This document shows positions 9,458-20,637 of a DNA stretch of 64,000 bases, piece after piece. The stretch spans positions 286,374 to 350,373 of the forward strand of contig JACOUT010000005.1 of assembly GCA_016177705.1 (NCBI GenBank), written 5' to 3'. Numbering within the stretch: position 1 is the first letter of the stretch; the number at the start of each line of letters is the position of its first letter. The DNA comes from Deltaproteobacteria bacterium (GTDB taxonomy: Bacteria > Myxococcota > UBA727 > VGSZ01). Both the position numbers and the translations under genes were made by a program. The notes beneath the pieces are model-generated. The model did not search any database and was not told the origin of the DNA. It was given only the letters and a program-made list of their open reading frames with translations.

Positions 9458-10681
9458 ATGCTGTCGTTGCTCGGCCTCGCGGTTCGCAACCTGGCGCGGC
9501 ACCGGCGCCGAACGGCGATGATCCTGGCCGCCATCGCCCTCGGCGTTACCGCGGTGGTCGGCGTGCGGGGCTTCTTGAACGGGCTGCAGTCGACGCTGGT
9601 GCGCGGCTTCGCCGAGGGCACGGTCGGCGCCATGCAGGTGCATGCGCAGGGCTTCATGCAGTCGAACGAGGCAGCGCCGCTCACGCCCAACCTCGATGTC
9701 TCGGGCGAGCTGCTCACGAAGATCGAGGCGGTGCCGGGCGTCAAGGCGGCGGCCCCGCGCATCACGTTTCCCAGCATGCTGTCGATCGGCGACTCGACCG
9801 CGTTCGTGCTCGCGGTGGGCGTCGACCCCGCGCGCGAGCAGGGCTGCTGCCCGCGCCGCCTCGACCTGGTCGAGCAAGGGCGCTTCCTCGCCGGTGCGAG
9901 CGAGAGCCTGGTGGGGCTCGAGGTGTTGCGCGGCCTTGGCGGCAAGGTCGGCGGCAAGGCGGCGCTGCTCACCGGCGACGTCGACGGCGTGATGAACGCG
10001 GTCGACACCGACGTGGTCGGCCAGGTCGCCGCGCCCACCCAGGGAGAGAAGAAGCTGGTGCTGCTCTCGCTTGCCGCTGCGCAGGAGTTGGTGCGCCTGC
10101 CCGGCCGCGCCACCGAGATCGCCGTGGCCGTCGACGACCTCGACCACGTGCATCAGGTGGCCGACCGTGTACGCGTGGCGCTCGGGCCCACCTACGATGT
10201 GCGCACCTGGGACGAGCTGGCCACGGTCGCGCGCGACGCCGTCGCCATCCAGAACCGCGCGCTCGGCGTCGTCACCGGCGCCTTCCTCATCGTCATCTTG
10301 GTGGGCGTCACCAACGCGCTCCTGACCAGCGTGCTCGAGCGCGTGCGCGAGATCGGCACCTTGATGGCCGTTGGCGCCCGGCGGCGGCAGGTGCTGTTCT
10401 TGTTCCTGTTCGAGGCCGCGGCGCTCGGCGTGGTCGGCGCCGCCATCGGCTGTGCCGCGGGCAGCGCGATCGTCGCCGTGCTCGGCGTCAAAGGCGTCAC
10501 GCTGACCACGCCCGGCGCGTCGCTGCCGCAGACGCTGTACCCCTTCATCAGGCTCGACTTCCTGCTGCGCATGGTGGCGCTCTCGACGGTGGGCGCGACG
10601 CTCGCGTCCTTGTGGCCCGCGTGGAAGGCGAGCCGGCTGCGGCCGGTGGAGGCGCTTGCCGGCGTCGGGGGTGGCGGATGA
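9458..10681 (+). CDS. ABC transporter permease, FtsX/LolC/LolE/MacB family
   Basis: N-terminal TM (RTAMILAAIALGVTAVVGV), large periplasmic domain, then C-terminal 3-TM FtsX core (LGVVTGAFLIVILVGVTNALL..., ...FLFEAAALGVVGAAIG...). Low-GC leader with GGAGTGAG about 12 nt upstream of the ATG. Confidence 0.8.
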   Translation: MLSLLGLAVRNLARHRRRTAMILAAIALGVTAVVGVRGFLNGLQSTLVRGFAEGTVGAMQVHAQGFMQSNEAAPLTPNLDVSGELLTKIEAVPGVKAAAPRITFPSMLSIGDSTAFVLAVGVDPAREQGCCPRRLDLVEQGRFLAGASESLVGLEVLRGLGGKVGGKAALLTGDVDGVMNAVDTDVVGQVAAPTQGEKKLVLLSLAAAQELVRLPGRATEIAVAVDDLDHVHQVADRVRVALGPTYDVRTWDELATVARDAVAIQNRALGVVTGAFLIVILVGVTNALLTSVLERVREIGTLMAVGARRRQVLFLFLFEAAALGVVGAAIGCAAGSAIVAVLGVKGVTLTTPGASLPQTLYPFIRLDFLLRMVALSTVGATLASLWPAWKASRLRPVEALAGVGGGG

Positions 10682-11919
10682 GGCGCCGCATCGCCGACGT
10701 GCTGCGCATCGCGCTGCGCTCGCTGCGCAGAAACCGCCGCAGGAGCGCGCTCACGTTGGCGGCGGTCATCATCGGCGTCACCGTGGTGGTGTTCGCCTTC
10801 GGCTTCGGCGAAGGATTGACCACGTCGCTGGTGCGAACGCTGGTCGACGCGCGTATCGGCGCGCTGCAGGTGCACGCCATCGGCTACCTCGACGCCGTCG
10901 AGGCCCAGCCGCTCAAGAAGGACTTCGCGCTCGACGACGAGCTGCTCGCCAAGGTCAAGGGCACGCCCGGCGTCGCCTCGGTGGCGCCGCGCCTGCGCTT
11001 CGGCGCGCTGCTCGGCGACGGTGCCACCGCGACCATCGTCATGGTCGACGCGGTCGACCCAAGAAACGAGTTGCTGGTGTGTCCGGCGCGCAAGCAGGAG
11101 GTGCCCGCTAATCACGGCGCCTTCGTCGACGACGCGCAGCCGCATGGCGGCGTGCTCGGCGCCGAGCTGGCGTCCGGCCTCAAGAGCAAGCTCGGCGCCA
11201 CGCTGACCCTGCAGGCGGCGGGCAAGGAGGGGCAGTTGAATGCGCTCGACCTCGAGGTGCGCGGCATCTCGCGCGGCGCCGCCAGCTTCCTCGAGTCCAA
11301 GCGCTCGGTGACGGTGCCGCTCGCCTATGGCCAGGAGCTGTTGCAGATGCAGGGCCGCGCTACCGAGCTGGCGCTCCAGCTGGACGACGTGCGGCGCGTC
11401 GACGAGGTCAAAGCCGCGCTGCAAGCGCGCCTCGGGCCCGGCTTCGAGGTCTCCACCTGGGCGGAGGTCATGCCGTTCCTGCGCGACGCCACTTCGCGAG
11501 TGCAGATCATCTTGCGCGGCGTCTCGGTCGTGCTGTTCTTCCTGGTCGTGTTCAGTGTGGTCAACACCATGCTGATGAACGTCTACGAGCGCGTGCGCGA
11601 GATCGGCACCCTGCTCGCCATCGGCTGGAAGCGCCGCACCATCCTCGCGCTGTTCGTGCTCGAGGCGGCGGTGCTCGGCCTGCTCGGCGGCGCCATCGGC
11701 GCCTCTCTCGGTCTCTTGCTGACGCGCTTCACCTACGAGGTTGGCATCCCGCTGACGCCGCCTGGGGCCGGCTTCGAACAGATCATCCGGCCGGTGCCCG
11801 ACGTGAACATCGCGTTGCTCGCGTTCGCGGCGGCGGCGCTCGGCGCCGTGCTCGCCGCGCTCGGCCCCGCCAAGCGCGCGTCCGACTTGAACCCCGTCGA
11901 CGCGCTACGGTCGACCTGA
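10678..11919 (+). CDS. ABC transporter permease, FtsX/LolC/LolE family (second copy)
   Basis: The ATG at 10678 overlaps the upstream stop (ATGA). Same 1+3 TM FtsX architecture (ALTLAAVIIGVTVVVFAFG...; ...FVLEAAVLGLLGGAIGASLG...). Confidence 0.8.
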   Translation: MRRRIADVLRIALRSLRRNRRRSALTLAAVIIGVTVVVFAFGFGEGLTTSLVRTLVDARIGALQVHAIGYLDAVEAQPLKKDFALDDELLAKVKGTPGVASVAPRLRFGALLGDGATATIVMVDAVDPRNELLVCPARKQEVPANHGAFVDDAQPHGGVLGAELASGLKSKLGATLTLQAAGKEGQLNALDLEVRGISRGAASFLESKRSVTVPLAYGQELLQMQGRATELALQLDDVRRVDEVKAALQARLGPGFEVSTWAEVMPFLRDATSRVQIILRGVSVVLFFLVVFSVVNTMLMNVYERVREIGTLLAIGWKRRTILALFVLEAAVLGLLGGAIGASLGLLLTRFTYEVGIPLTPPGAGFEQIIRPVPDVNIALLAFAAAALGAVLAALGPAKRASDLNPVDALRST

Positions 11920-11937
11920 TCGATCGAGGAGGCTTCC

Positions 11938-12651
11938 ATGCTCGCGTTCGCGCTCACCCTCTCGCTCGCCGCTGCCCCACCGTCCTCACCCGACGCGCTC
12001 GCGCTGGTGCGCCGCTACGACGCGGTCATGAGCCCCGCGAACTTCGAGGCGCAGACCAAGATGGTGGCCACGCGCGAAGACGGCACGACGCGCACCTACA
12101 AGATGAAGACGCAGAAGAGCGGCAAGGACAAGCTGCGCGCGCAGTTCCTCGAGCCGGCCTCGGCCAAGGGGCAGGAGATGCTGAGAAACGGCGAGAACCT
12201 CTGGCTGTGGATGCCGAACCTGAAGCGCGCCGTGCGCGTCGCCTCGCGCGACAGCTTCATGGGTGGCGACTTCAACAACGCCGACGTGCTGCGCGTCAAT
12301 TACGAGGCCGACTATCAGCCGAGCATCGAGACCGGCGATCCCGCCGGCGACGTCCTGGTGCTCAAGGCCAAAGCGCAGAGCGCCGCCTACGACGCAATCA
12401 AGCTGTGGATGACGCGCGACAAGGATCCGCAGCCGATCAAGGCCGAGTTCTACGCGGCCAGCGGCAAGATCCTGCGCAAGGCCGAGTTCTTCGACGTCAA
12501 AGACTTCGGCGGCGGCCTGGTGCGGCCCTCGCGCATCAAGATGACCAACGAGATCTCGGCGGGCCGTTCGAGCGAGATGAGCTGGGAGGCGATCACGCTG
12601 AAGGACGAGATCCCGGCGCAGCGCTTCGTGCTCGACGACCTGGGGCGGTGA
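11938..12651 (+). CDS. LolA-like outer-membrane lipoprotein carrier/sorting protein (COG2834-type)
   Basis: Signal peptide MLAFALTLSLAAA; about 215-aa mature protein. ...RTYKMKTQKSGKDKLRAQFLEPASAKGQEMLRNGENLWLWMP... resembles the LolA/LppX-like half-barrel family; start lies 19 nt after the permease stop. Confidence 0.55.
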   Translation: MLAFALTLSLAAAPPSSPDALALVRRYDAVMSPANFEAQTKMVATREDGTTRTYKMKTQKSGKDKLRAQFLEPASAKGQEMLRNGENLWLWMPNLKRAVRVASRDSFMGGDFNNADVLRVNYEADYQPSIETGDPAGDVLVLKAKAQSAAYDAIKLWMTRDKDPQPIKAEFYAASGKILRKAEFFDVKDFGGGLVRPSRIKMTNEISAGRSSEMSWEAITLKDEIPAQRFVLDDLGR

Positions 12652-12655
12652 TGAG

Positions 12656-14128
12656 GTGCTGGCGCTCGCGCTGCTCCTGCCGTGCGATCTCGAGCTGCAA
12701 GGCTCGGTGGCGGAGCGCGTGCAGGCGACGGTGCCGAACGAGGACAGCCTGCTGTCGACGCGCGACGTACCCGAGCTGTTGTCGCTCTCCGAGGTGAACG
12801 CGCAGGTGCGTGGCGGGCTGCTCGACGATCATCTGCGGCTCGGCGTCGACGCCTCCGCTTTCCTGCCCGTGCAAGGTGGCTACGCCGATCGCGACGTCGA
12901 CACCGGCCAGCTCGTCGAGGTCGACCCCGACGTCGTGACGCCGCCCGATCCCCGGATCGCGCTCTCCGAGTGGTGGCTGTCGGCCGAGCCGGTGCCGCAC
13001 CTGCTGCTGACCGCGGGGAAGAAACGCTCGACCTGGGGCTCGGGGCAGATGGCCTCGCCGAGCGACGTGCTCAACCCGCCGCGCGACCCAACCGATCCGG
13101 CGCTGCAGCGCGCCGGCTTCTTGCATCTGCGCGCCGACGCCGCCTTCGAGTCGTGGACGGTGAGCGCGCTGTTCGCGCCCGGCGTGCTGCGCACCGCGAA
13201 CAGCCTGCCTGCGGAGCTGCTGCTCGACGACGACGACGAGCTCCACTACGCGGCCGCGCTGCGCGGCTACGCGCTGCTGTTCGATACCGACGTCAACGCC
13301 TGGGTCGTTTGGTCGAACCGCTACGGTGACGCCTTCGAGAACCACCTGCGCTACGCCTTCTCGCTGTCGCGCACCATCTTCCTCGAGCACGAGGTCCACG
13401 CCGATGTGCTGGTCGAGCAGGGCAGCACGCGGCTCTACGTCGAGCCCGATTGTGTCGGCGGCCCGCGGGCGATCCTGGCGTGCGCGCTCGCCGGCACGCC
13501 CATCGCCGACGACGCGCTGCTCGACTCCGAGCGCGTGTTGCCGAAGATCCTGGTCGGCTGGCGCTGGATGCCGCCCGACGGCAGCATGGTCACCGCCGAG
13601 TACCTTTATCAGGCCGACGGCATGGTCAAGGCCGAGTACGACGACCTGAAGGAGATCGCCGTGCTCGCCGGCACGGCGCAGCGCTCCGGCGCTCCCGGCG
13701 CGGTGGCGTTGCCGGGCGCGCCCGCCGACGGCGGCGACGAGACGCCGGTGCGCGTCTCGTTTGCGCCGCAGCGTCGCCACTACCTCTTGCTCTCCTGGCT
13801 CAAGCCCCAGGTGGCCGACGACTTCACCTTGCAGGCCTCGGCCATCGTGCCGGTCGAGGATCTGTCGATGTTGGTGAGCGGCTCGGTCGCCTGGCAGGCC
13901 CAGCAGTGGCTGACGCTGTCCGTGCTCGGCTTCTTGCCGGTGCCGTCGCCGGCGATGCTGTCCTACCGCACCGACGACGACCCGCTCGGCGCGTTCTATC
14001 AAGACCTGCCGCAGGACTGGCGCGGCTGGTTCCCGCGCGGCGCCACCGTCGAGGGCGGGCCGCACGGCGACTTCGACGGCGGACCCTTTCACGCGCGCAT
14101 CATGATCGAAGCGCGCGCCTACTTTTGA
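12656..14128 (+). CDS. Putative outer-membrane beta-barrel protein (uncharacterised family)
   Basis: GTG start 5 nt after the LolA-like stop. 490 aa; C-terminus ...HARIMIEARAYF has alternating hydrophobics and a terminal Phe (OMP beta-signal). No recognisable enzymatic motifs; signal peptide weak or start uncertain. Confidence 0.4.
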   Translation: MLALALLLPCDLELQGSVAERVQATVPNEDSLLSTRDVPELLSLSEVNAQVRGGLLDDHLRLGVDASAFLPVQGGYADRDVDTGQLVEVDPDVVTPPDPRIALSEWWLSAEPVPHLLLTAGKKRSTWGSGQMASPSDVLNPPRDPTDPALQRAGFLHLRADAAFESWTVSALFAPGVLRTANSLPAELLLDDDDELHYAAALRGYALLFDTDVNAWVVWSNRYGDAFENHLRYAFSLSRTIFLEHEVHADVLVEQGSTRLYVEPDCVGGPRAILACALAGTPIADDALLDSERVLPKILVGWRWMPPDGSMVTAEYLYQADGMVKAEYDDLKEIAVLAGTAQRSGAPGAVALPGAPADGGDETPVRVSFAPQRRHYLLLSWLKPQVADDFTLQASAIVPVEDLSMLVSGSVAWQAQQWLTLSVLGFLPVPSPAMLSYRTDDDPLGAFYQDLPQDWRGWFPRGATVEGGPHGDFDGGPFHARIMIEARAYF

Positions 14129-14141
14129 TGCCGAGGTTCCC

Positions 14142-14828
14142 ATGAGCGCCATCATCGAGCTCGTCGACGTGAAGAAGGACTACCGGCTCGGCGGCATCGT
14201 GGTGCCGGCCTTGAAAGGCGTGAACCTGGTAGTGCAGCCGGGCGAGCTGACGGCGGTGATGGGGCCGTCGGGCAGCGGCAAGAGCACGCTGCTCAACATC
14301 CTCGGTTGCCTCGATCGGGTGACCGCGGGCAGCTACAAGCTCGAGGGCGTCGAGGTGGGTCAGACCGACTTCGACCAGCTCGCCGAGGTCAGGAACGAGA
14401 AGATCGGCTTCATCTTCCAGTCGTTCAACCTGATCCCGGTGCTCGACGTGCTCGAGAACATCGAGCTGCCCTGCCTGTTGCGCGCGCGGCCGGAGTCGCG
14501 TGTCGCGCTGCGGGCGCGCGCCAAGAAGATCGCCGACGAGGTGGGCCTCACCTCGGTGGTGCATCATCGGCCCGACGAGCTCTCCGGTGGGCAGCGCCAG
14601 CGGGTCGCCATCGCGCGCGCGTTGGTGACCACGCCGAAGCTGGTGCTGGCCGACGAGCCGACCGCGAACCTCGACAGCGAGACCAGCGCACAGATCCTCA
14701 AGCTGATGCTGGCACTCAACCGCGATCACGGTGTCACCTTCCTGTTCTCGACCCACGATCCGCGCGTGGAGAAGCATGCGCGACGTCGCCTCGAGATCAG
14801 CGATGGCGTGCTGCGCGAAGCTGCGTGA
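14142..14828 (+). CDS. ABC transporter ATP-binding protein (LolD/MacB-type)
   Basis: Walker A GPSGSGKST, Q-loop, signature LSGGQRQRVAIARAL, Walker B LVLADEPT, H-loop STHD. Confidence 0.85.
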   Translation: MSAIIELVDVKKDYRLGGIVVPALKGVNLVVQPGELTAVMGPSGSGKSTLLNILGCLDRVTAGSYKLEGVEVGQTDFDQLAEVRNEKIGFIFQSFNLIPVLDVLENIELPCLLRARPESRVALRARAKKIADEVGLTSVVHHRPDELSGGQRQRVAIARALVTTPKLVLADEPTANLDSETSAQILKLMLALNRDHGVTFLFSTHDPRVEKHARRRLEISDGVLREAA

Positions 14829-14853
14829 TGCTCCGCGAGGTGGCGGGGTGATC

Positions 14854-15141
14854 ATGGCGGCCGAGCAATTGCTGGTGAGCGGCGTGGTGCAGATGGTCGG
14901 CTACCGGGCCTGGACGCTGCGCACGGCGCGTTCGCTCGGAGTGACAGGCTTCGTGCGCAACCTGGCGGACGGGCGCGTCGAGATCTTCGTCGAGGGAGAC
15001 GCGCGCGCCATCGACGAGCTGGCGACTGCGTGCCGGCGCGGGCCGACGCATGCCCATGTCGACGGCGTCACGCGTGCGCCGAGGCCGGCGCGCGGCTCGA
15101 GCACCTTCGCGCTGCTCGACGACGCCGCCGCGCCCGACTGA
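14854..15141 (+). CDS. acyP: Acylphosphatase
   Basis: 95 aa; VSGVVQMVGYRAWT and GFVRNLADGRVEIFVEG are acylphosphatase signatures 1 and 2. The ATG at 14854 is internal to track ORF 14731..15141. Confidence 0.75.
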   Translation: MAAEQLLVSGVVQMVGYRAWTLRTARSLGVTGFVRNLADGRVEIFVEGDARAIDELATACRRGPTHAHVDGVTRAPRPARGSSTFALLDDAAAPD

Positions 15142-15235
15142 TGGGCGGCTGCTCTGCGCGCGGGAGTACACTCGTCCGACGCAACTGATCCCGCACACGG
15201 AACCGAAGTGTTGCGCGTGCGGTCCCGAGGTGCAC

Positions 15236-17677
15236 ATGAACCGTCGCGGTCGCTTCCTGATCGTGGGCCTGGCGGGCGCTGCTGCTGCGGCCATCGTCGT
15301 CGCGTGGTCGCTCGCGGGTGGTGCCGCCGCCGAGACGCCGACCCAGGCGCGCGACCGGCGTGAACGCAAGATCGAGGAGCTGCAAGAGCGCGCCCAAGAG
15401 CTGCTGCGCGACCCAAAGCGTCAGCAGGAGGCCTACGCGTTGTTCGAGGAGGCCGCGCGCCTGTTGGAACAGCCCACGGAAGGCGAGCCCGCCCTCACCC
15501 TCAAGGCGATCCCGCAGGGCGACGTGTTCGGCTTCCAGGCGGCTTTCGACAAGGCGCTCAAGGCGCGGACCGGCGCCACGTCGGCGATGTTGGCGGCCCG
15601 AGCACCCGCCTTCGCGACGGCGGCGCCCAAGGTGCAGGGCGCGAAGTACCTCGATCGCATGCTGACGCCGAAGACGCACGACCACCCAAACCCGGCTCGC
15701 GCGCTCGATGCGGCCGAGCGCGCCGTGCTCGATCAGCAGGGCTTCGTCGTCAGCGCACGCCTCGGCGCGGCCAGCGCCGCAGGCCTGATGCACACCATCT
15801 ACGAGCACGATCAGCCGTTGTTCGTCTCCGCGGACGCCGTGCTGCACGCCTGGCACATGAGCTACGACGCCATGCTGGAGGAGCTCGAGAGCACCTGGCT
15901 GCTCGGCGCCCTCGAGCAGCTCTTGGCCGAGATGGCGGGCGCCATCCCCATCGTCGCCAAGGAGTCGCGGTCGAGCGCGCTCGGGCAGGGCGTCAAGGAC
16001 GCGGACCTGTACCTCGCGGTCGGGCGCTCGCTGCTCGCGGACAAGCCGGTGAAGCCTATGCTCGGCGGCGCCAGTGAGGTCGAGGAGCTGGTGCGCGCCA
16101 TCCAGGACGAGCAGGTCAAAAAGGTACAGCTCTTCGGACGGACGCGCACCGAGGACTTCTCGCAGATGCGTCCACGTGGCCACTACGACAAGAGCGAAGC
16201 GCTGCGTCGCTACTTCCGCGCCATGATGTGGCTCGGCCGCACGGAGTTGAAGGTCGCCGGCCCGGACAGCGCGCCAGCAGAGCTTGCGGCCGCCGTGGTG
16301 CTGCACGACCTGCTGACGACGTCGAAGCAGCTCGATGCGTGGCGACAGATCGATCGCGTGCTGCAGACCTTCGTCGGACGCTCCGACTCGATGGGTCCGC
16401 CCGACATCAGTGCCTTGCTCACGCTCGGCCGCTTCTCCTCGGCTCGCGCCGTCGCGACCGACGCCGATCTCGAGGTGCTGCGCCGGCTGGTGCTCGACAC
16501 CCGCATGGGCGCGCAGCAGGTGAACGCTCAGATCGCCTTGTCCGATCCCGAACGCGCCGAGCGTGTCGAGCTGCCGCGCGCCTTCTGCCTGCTCGGGCAA
16601 CGCTTCACCATCGACTCATGGGTGACGGGGCAGGTGGTGTACGACCGCATCCTCGTCGACGGCCGCAAGGTCGAGCGCGTGCTGCCGAGCGGCGTCGACA
16701 TCGCGTTCGCCGCGCTCGCCAACGACAACGTCGCCGACCTGCTGGCATCGCGCATCGAGCGCGGCCCGCTCGGGGGCCGCGATCGCCTGCCGTTCCAGGC
16801 CAACCTGCTGGCGGCGCGCGACGCGGTCGACGCAAGGAGCGTGCACGCTTGGGACGGTAACCTCTATGACCTCTGGCTGTCGGCGCTGCGCGGGCTGTCC
16901 GCGCCGACCACGTCGCCCGAGTTCCCGGCGGTGATGCGCACGCGCGCGTGGTCTCGGCGGGTGCTGCAAGCACAGCTCGCGTCCTGGGCGGAGCTGCGCC
17001 ACGACACGATCCTCTACGTCAAGCAGAGCTACGGCATGGGCATCACCTGCGAGCACCCGAGCGGCTTCGTCGAGCTGGCGCCGCAGTTCTGGGCGCGCAT
17101 GGAGGCGGGCGCCTCGCTCGCCACCACGCTGCTCGGCAAGACGCCGTACCCGCCGGCGCTGGCCGGCACCAAGGAGCGGCAGGTAACGTTCGCAAGGAGC
17201 TTCGCGGCCACCATGGGTACGCTGCGCGGCATCGTCGAGCGCGAGCGGACCTCCCAGCCGCTCGACGCCGCGCAGGAGGCGTTCCTCAAGGACGCCGTCG
17301 AGATCACGCACGGCGGCATGTGTGGCGCGCCGCCCCGATGGGACGGCTGGTACCTGGACCTCTACTACCGAGGCCAAGCGGACGCGCTTAAGACCGACGC
17401 GCTGGTCGCCGACGTCTACACGCACCCGCAAGCCGGCATCCTGCACGCCGCCACCGGCCCGTTCAGTCTGATGGTGGTGGTGATCGACCGCGGCGGCGAC
17501 CGCATGGCGTTCGCGGGGCCGGTGTCGAGCTACTACGAGTGGGTGCCGGCGGGCGGCAAGCGCCTGACCGACCACGAGTGGAAGGTGCAGCTCTCCGAGG
17601 GCAAGGCGCCAGCACCGCCGGAGTGGATCGAGGGCTGGCAGGTGGGCAAGCCGGTCCAGATCCGGGCCGACGAGTAG
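15236..17677 (+). CDS. Large (813 aa) hypothetical protein with N-terminal signal/anchor; possibly DUF3160-like
   Basis: The ATG at 15236 is internal to ORF 15050..17677. MNRRGRFLIVGLAGAAAAAIVVAWSLAGG, then a long mixed alpha/beta region with no catalytic motifs I recognise. Family call is weak. Confidence 0.5.
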   Translation: MNRRGRFLIVGLAGAAAAAIVVAWSLAGGAAAETPTQARDRRERKIEELQERAQELLRDPKRQQEAYALFEEAARLLEQPTEGEPALTLKAIPQGDVFGFQAAFDKALKARTGATSAMLAARAPAFATAAPKVQGAKYLDRMLTPKTHDHPNPARALDAAERAVLDQQGFVVSARLGAASAAGLMHTIYEHDQPLFVSADAVLHAWHMSYDAMLEELESTWLLGALEQLLAEMAGAIPIVAKESRSSALGQGVKDADLYLAVGRSLLADKPVKPMLGGASEVEELVRAIQDEQVKKVQLFGRTRTEDFSQMRPRGHYDKSEALRRYFRAMMWLGRTELKVAGPDSAPAELAAAVVLHDLLTTSKQLDAWRQIDRVLQTFVGRSDSMGPPDISALLTLGRFSSARAVATDADLEVLRRLVLDTRMGAQQVNAQIALSDPERAERVELPRAFCLLGQRFTIDSWVTGQVVYDRILVDGRKVERVLPSGVDIAFAALANDNVADLLASRIERGPLGGRDRLPFQANLLAARDAVDARSVHAWDGNLYDLWLSALRGLSAPTTSPEFPAVMRTRAWSRRVLQAQLASWAELRHDTILYVKQSYGMGITCEHPSGFVELAPQFWARMEAGASLATTLLGKTPYPPALAGTKERQVTFARSFAATMGTLRGIVERERTSQPLDAAQEAFLKDAVEITHGGMCGAPPRWDGWYLDLYYRGQADALKTDALVADVYTHPQAGILHAATGPFSLMVVVIDRGGDRMAFAGPVSSYYEWVPAGGKRLTDHEWKVQLSEGKAPAPPEWIEGWQVGKPVQIRADE

Positions 17678-17752
17678 GCGCCGGCCCGGCCGCGGTCCAC
17701 ACCGAGCGGATCGCGGTGAATGGGCAGGCGGCGGCGCTCGTCGCAGCCTTCC

Positions 17753-18598
17753 ATGGTGCCGCTCCTGCTCGCCGTGCTGGCGTCCGCAGCCCCTGTGACG
17801 CCCCCGGCCAACGTCGACGTCGACCAAGCGCGGCGCCCGCAGGCGCGCGACACGGGCGCCACGCTGCGGCGCGTCGACGCGTTGCGCGACGTGGGCGACT
17901 ACCAGGCAGCGGCCGATGAGCTGCACGGCTACTTCGAGCGCTGGCGCGCCGCCGGCCTCGGCCGCCCCGAGGTCATGGCGGAGCTCGCGCGCATGGACGA
18001 GCTGCTGCGCCACATGCTCGAGCTGCGCGACCTCTACCAGCGCGCGCCCAACGACGCGTCCGCCGCGGGCCGCTACCTGCGCGCGCTGGTCGACCCGGCC
18101 AAGCCATCGTCGATCACGGCGGAGCGCGCGCGCGGCATTCGGCTGTTGGCGCGGCACGACGAGCGCCTGCGCGCGTTGCTCGAGCGCTCGTTCCCCGCTC
18201 GTCTGTCGGTCACCGTCAACAACCACGCGGACGCCGAGCTGACCGACGCGGTCGCCATCCCGCTGCAAAACGCGCTGGTCGAGATGTCGCGCGAGACCGG
18301 GCTGCCGGTCTCGCTCGACGAGGGACCGGCGGCGCTGCGCCTCGACGTGGCGGTGCGCGAGAACGAACGCGCCAACTCGCTGCTCGCGGGCACCGCCATG
18401 CGGTCGTACGCGTTTCACCTGAGCGCGCGCTTCGTCGACCGCGATGGGGTGCGGCTGCTCGAGGCGGCGCACAGCACCAGCGGCCTCGGCATCAACCCCG
18501 GCAACGCGGTCCGGTGGAACATGGAGCGCGTCGCGCGGCAGTTGTTCGAGCGCATCGTCGACGAGCTGGCGAAGCGCATCGAGCGCGGCGATCTGTGA
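17753..18598 (+). CDS. Hypothetical secreted protein
   Basis: Signal-like MVPLLLAVLASAAPV; 281 aa; no known motifs. Co-directional, 76 nt after the preceding gene. Confidence 0.4.
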   Translation: MVPLLLAVLASAAPVTPPANVDVDQARRPQARDTGATLRRVDALRDVGDYQAAADELHGYFERWRAAGLGRPEVMAELARMDELLRHMLELRDLYQRAPNDASAAGRYLRALVDPAKPSSITAERARGIRLLARHDERLRALLERSFPARLSVTVNNHADAELTDAVAIPLQNALVEMSRETGLPVSLDEGPAALRLDVAVRENERANSLLAGTAMRSYAFHLSARFVDRDGVRLLEAAHSTSGLGINPGNAVRWNMERVARQLFERIVDELAKRIERGDL

Positions 18599-18628
18599 CA
18601 CGCCGGATCGGCGTGTGTTCGCGGTCGA

Positions 18629-20533
<1,905 letters not shown>

Positions 20534-20557
20534 GGCGCGATGGTACTCCCGGTCACC

Positions 20558-20593
20558 TGCACGGGCACGGGCACGGGCACGGGCACGGGCACG
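20558..20593. repeat. (GCACGG)5-6 perfect hexanucleotide tandem repeat in the divergent intergenic/5' region
   Basis: ...cctgcacgggcacgggcacgggcacgggcacgggcacgttgacg... Would encode (Arg-Ala)n if the minus-strand kinase started upstream. Coordinates +/-2. Confidence 0.8.
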
Positions 20594-20637
20594 TTGACGC
20601 CTGCCGTTGTTCGGCATCCTGCTAGAGTCCCCCACCC

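Noticed and set aside
12593-18601. Series of long minus-strand ORFs (12593..14155, 15068..16600, 16616..18601) antisense to the plus-strand operon
   Set aside because: Same reasoning: antisense to genes with clear homology (ABC ATPase, acylphosphatase) or better codon statistics. The translated products are R/G/A/D-rich with no motifs.
20558-20593. Possible CRISPR-like array (also checked 62708..62800)
   Set aside because: Units are 6 nt with no spacers; these are microsatellite and coding low-complexity repeats, not CRISPR. No cas genes.
20593-20627. Sigma-70-type promoter TTGACG ... TAGAGT upstream of the acyltransferase gene
   Set aside because: The spacer is about 23 nt, too long for a canonical -35/-10 pair; left as unassigned.
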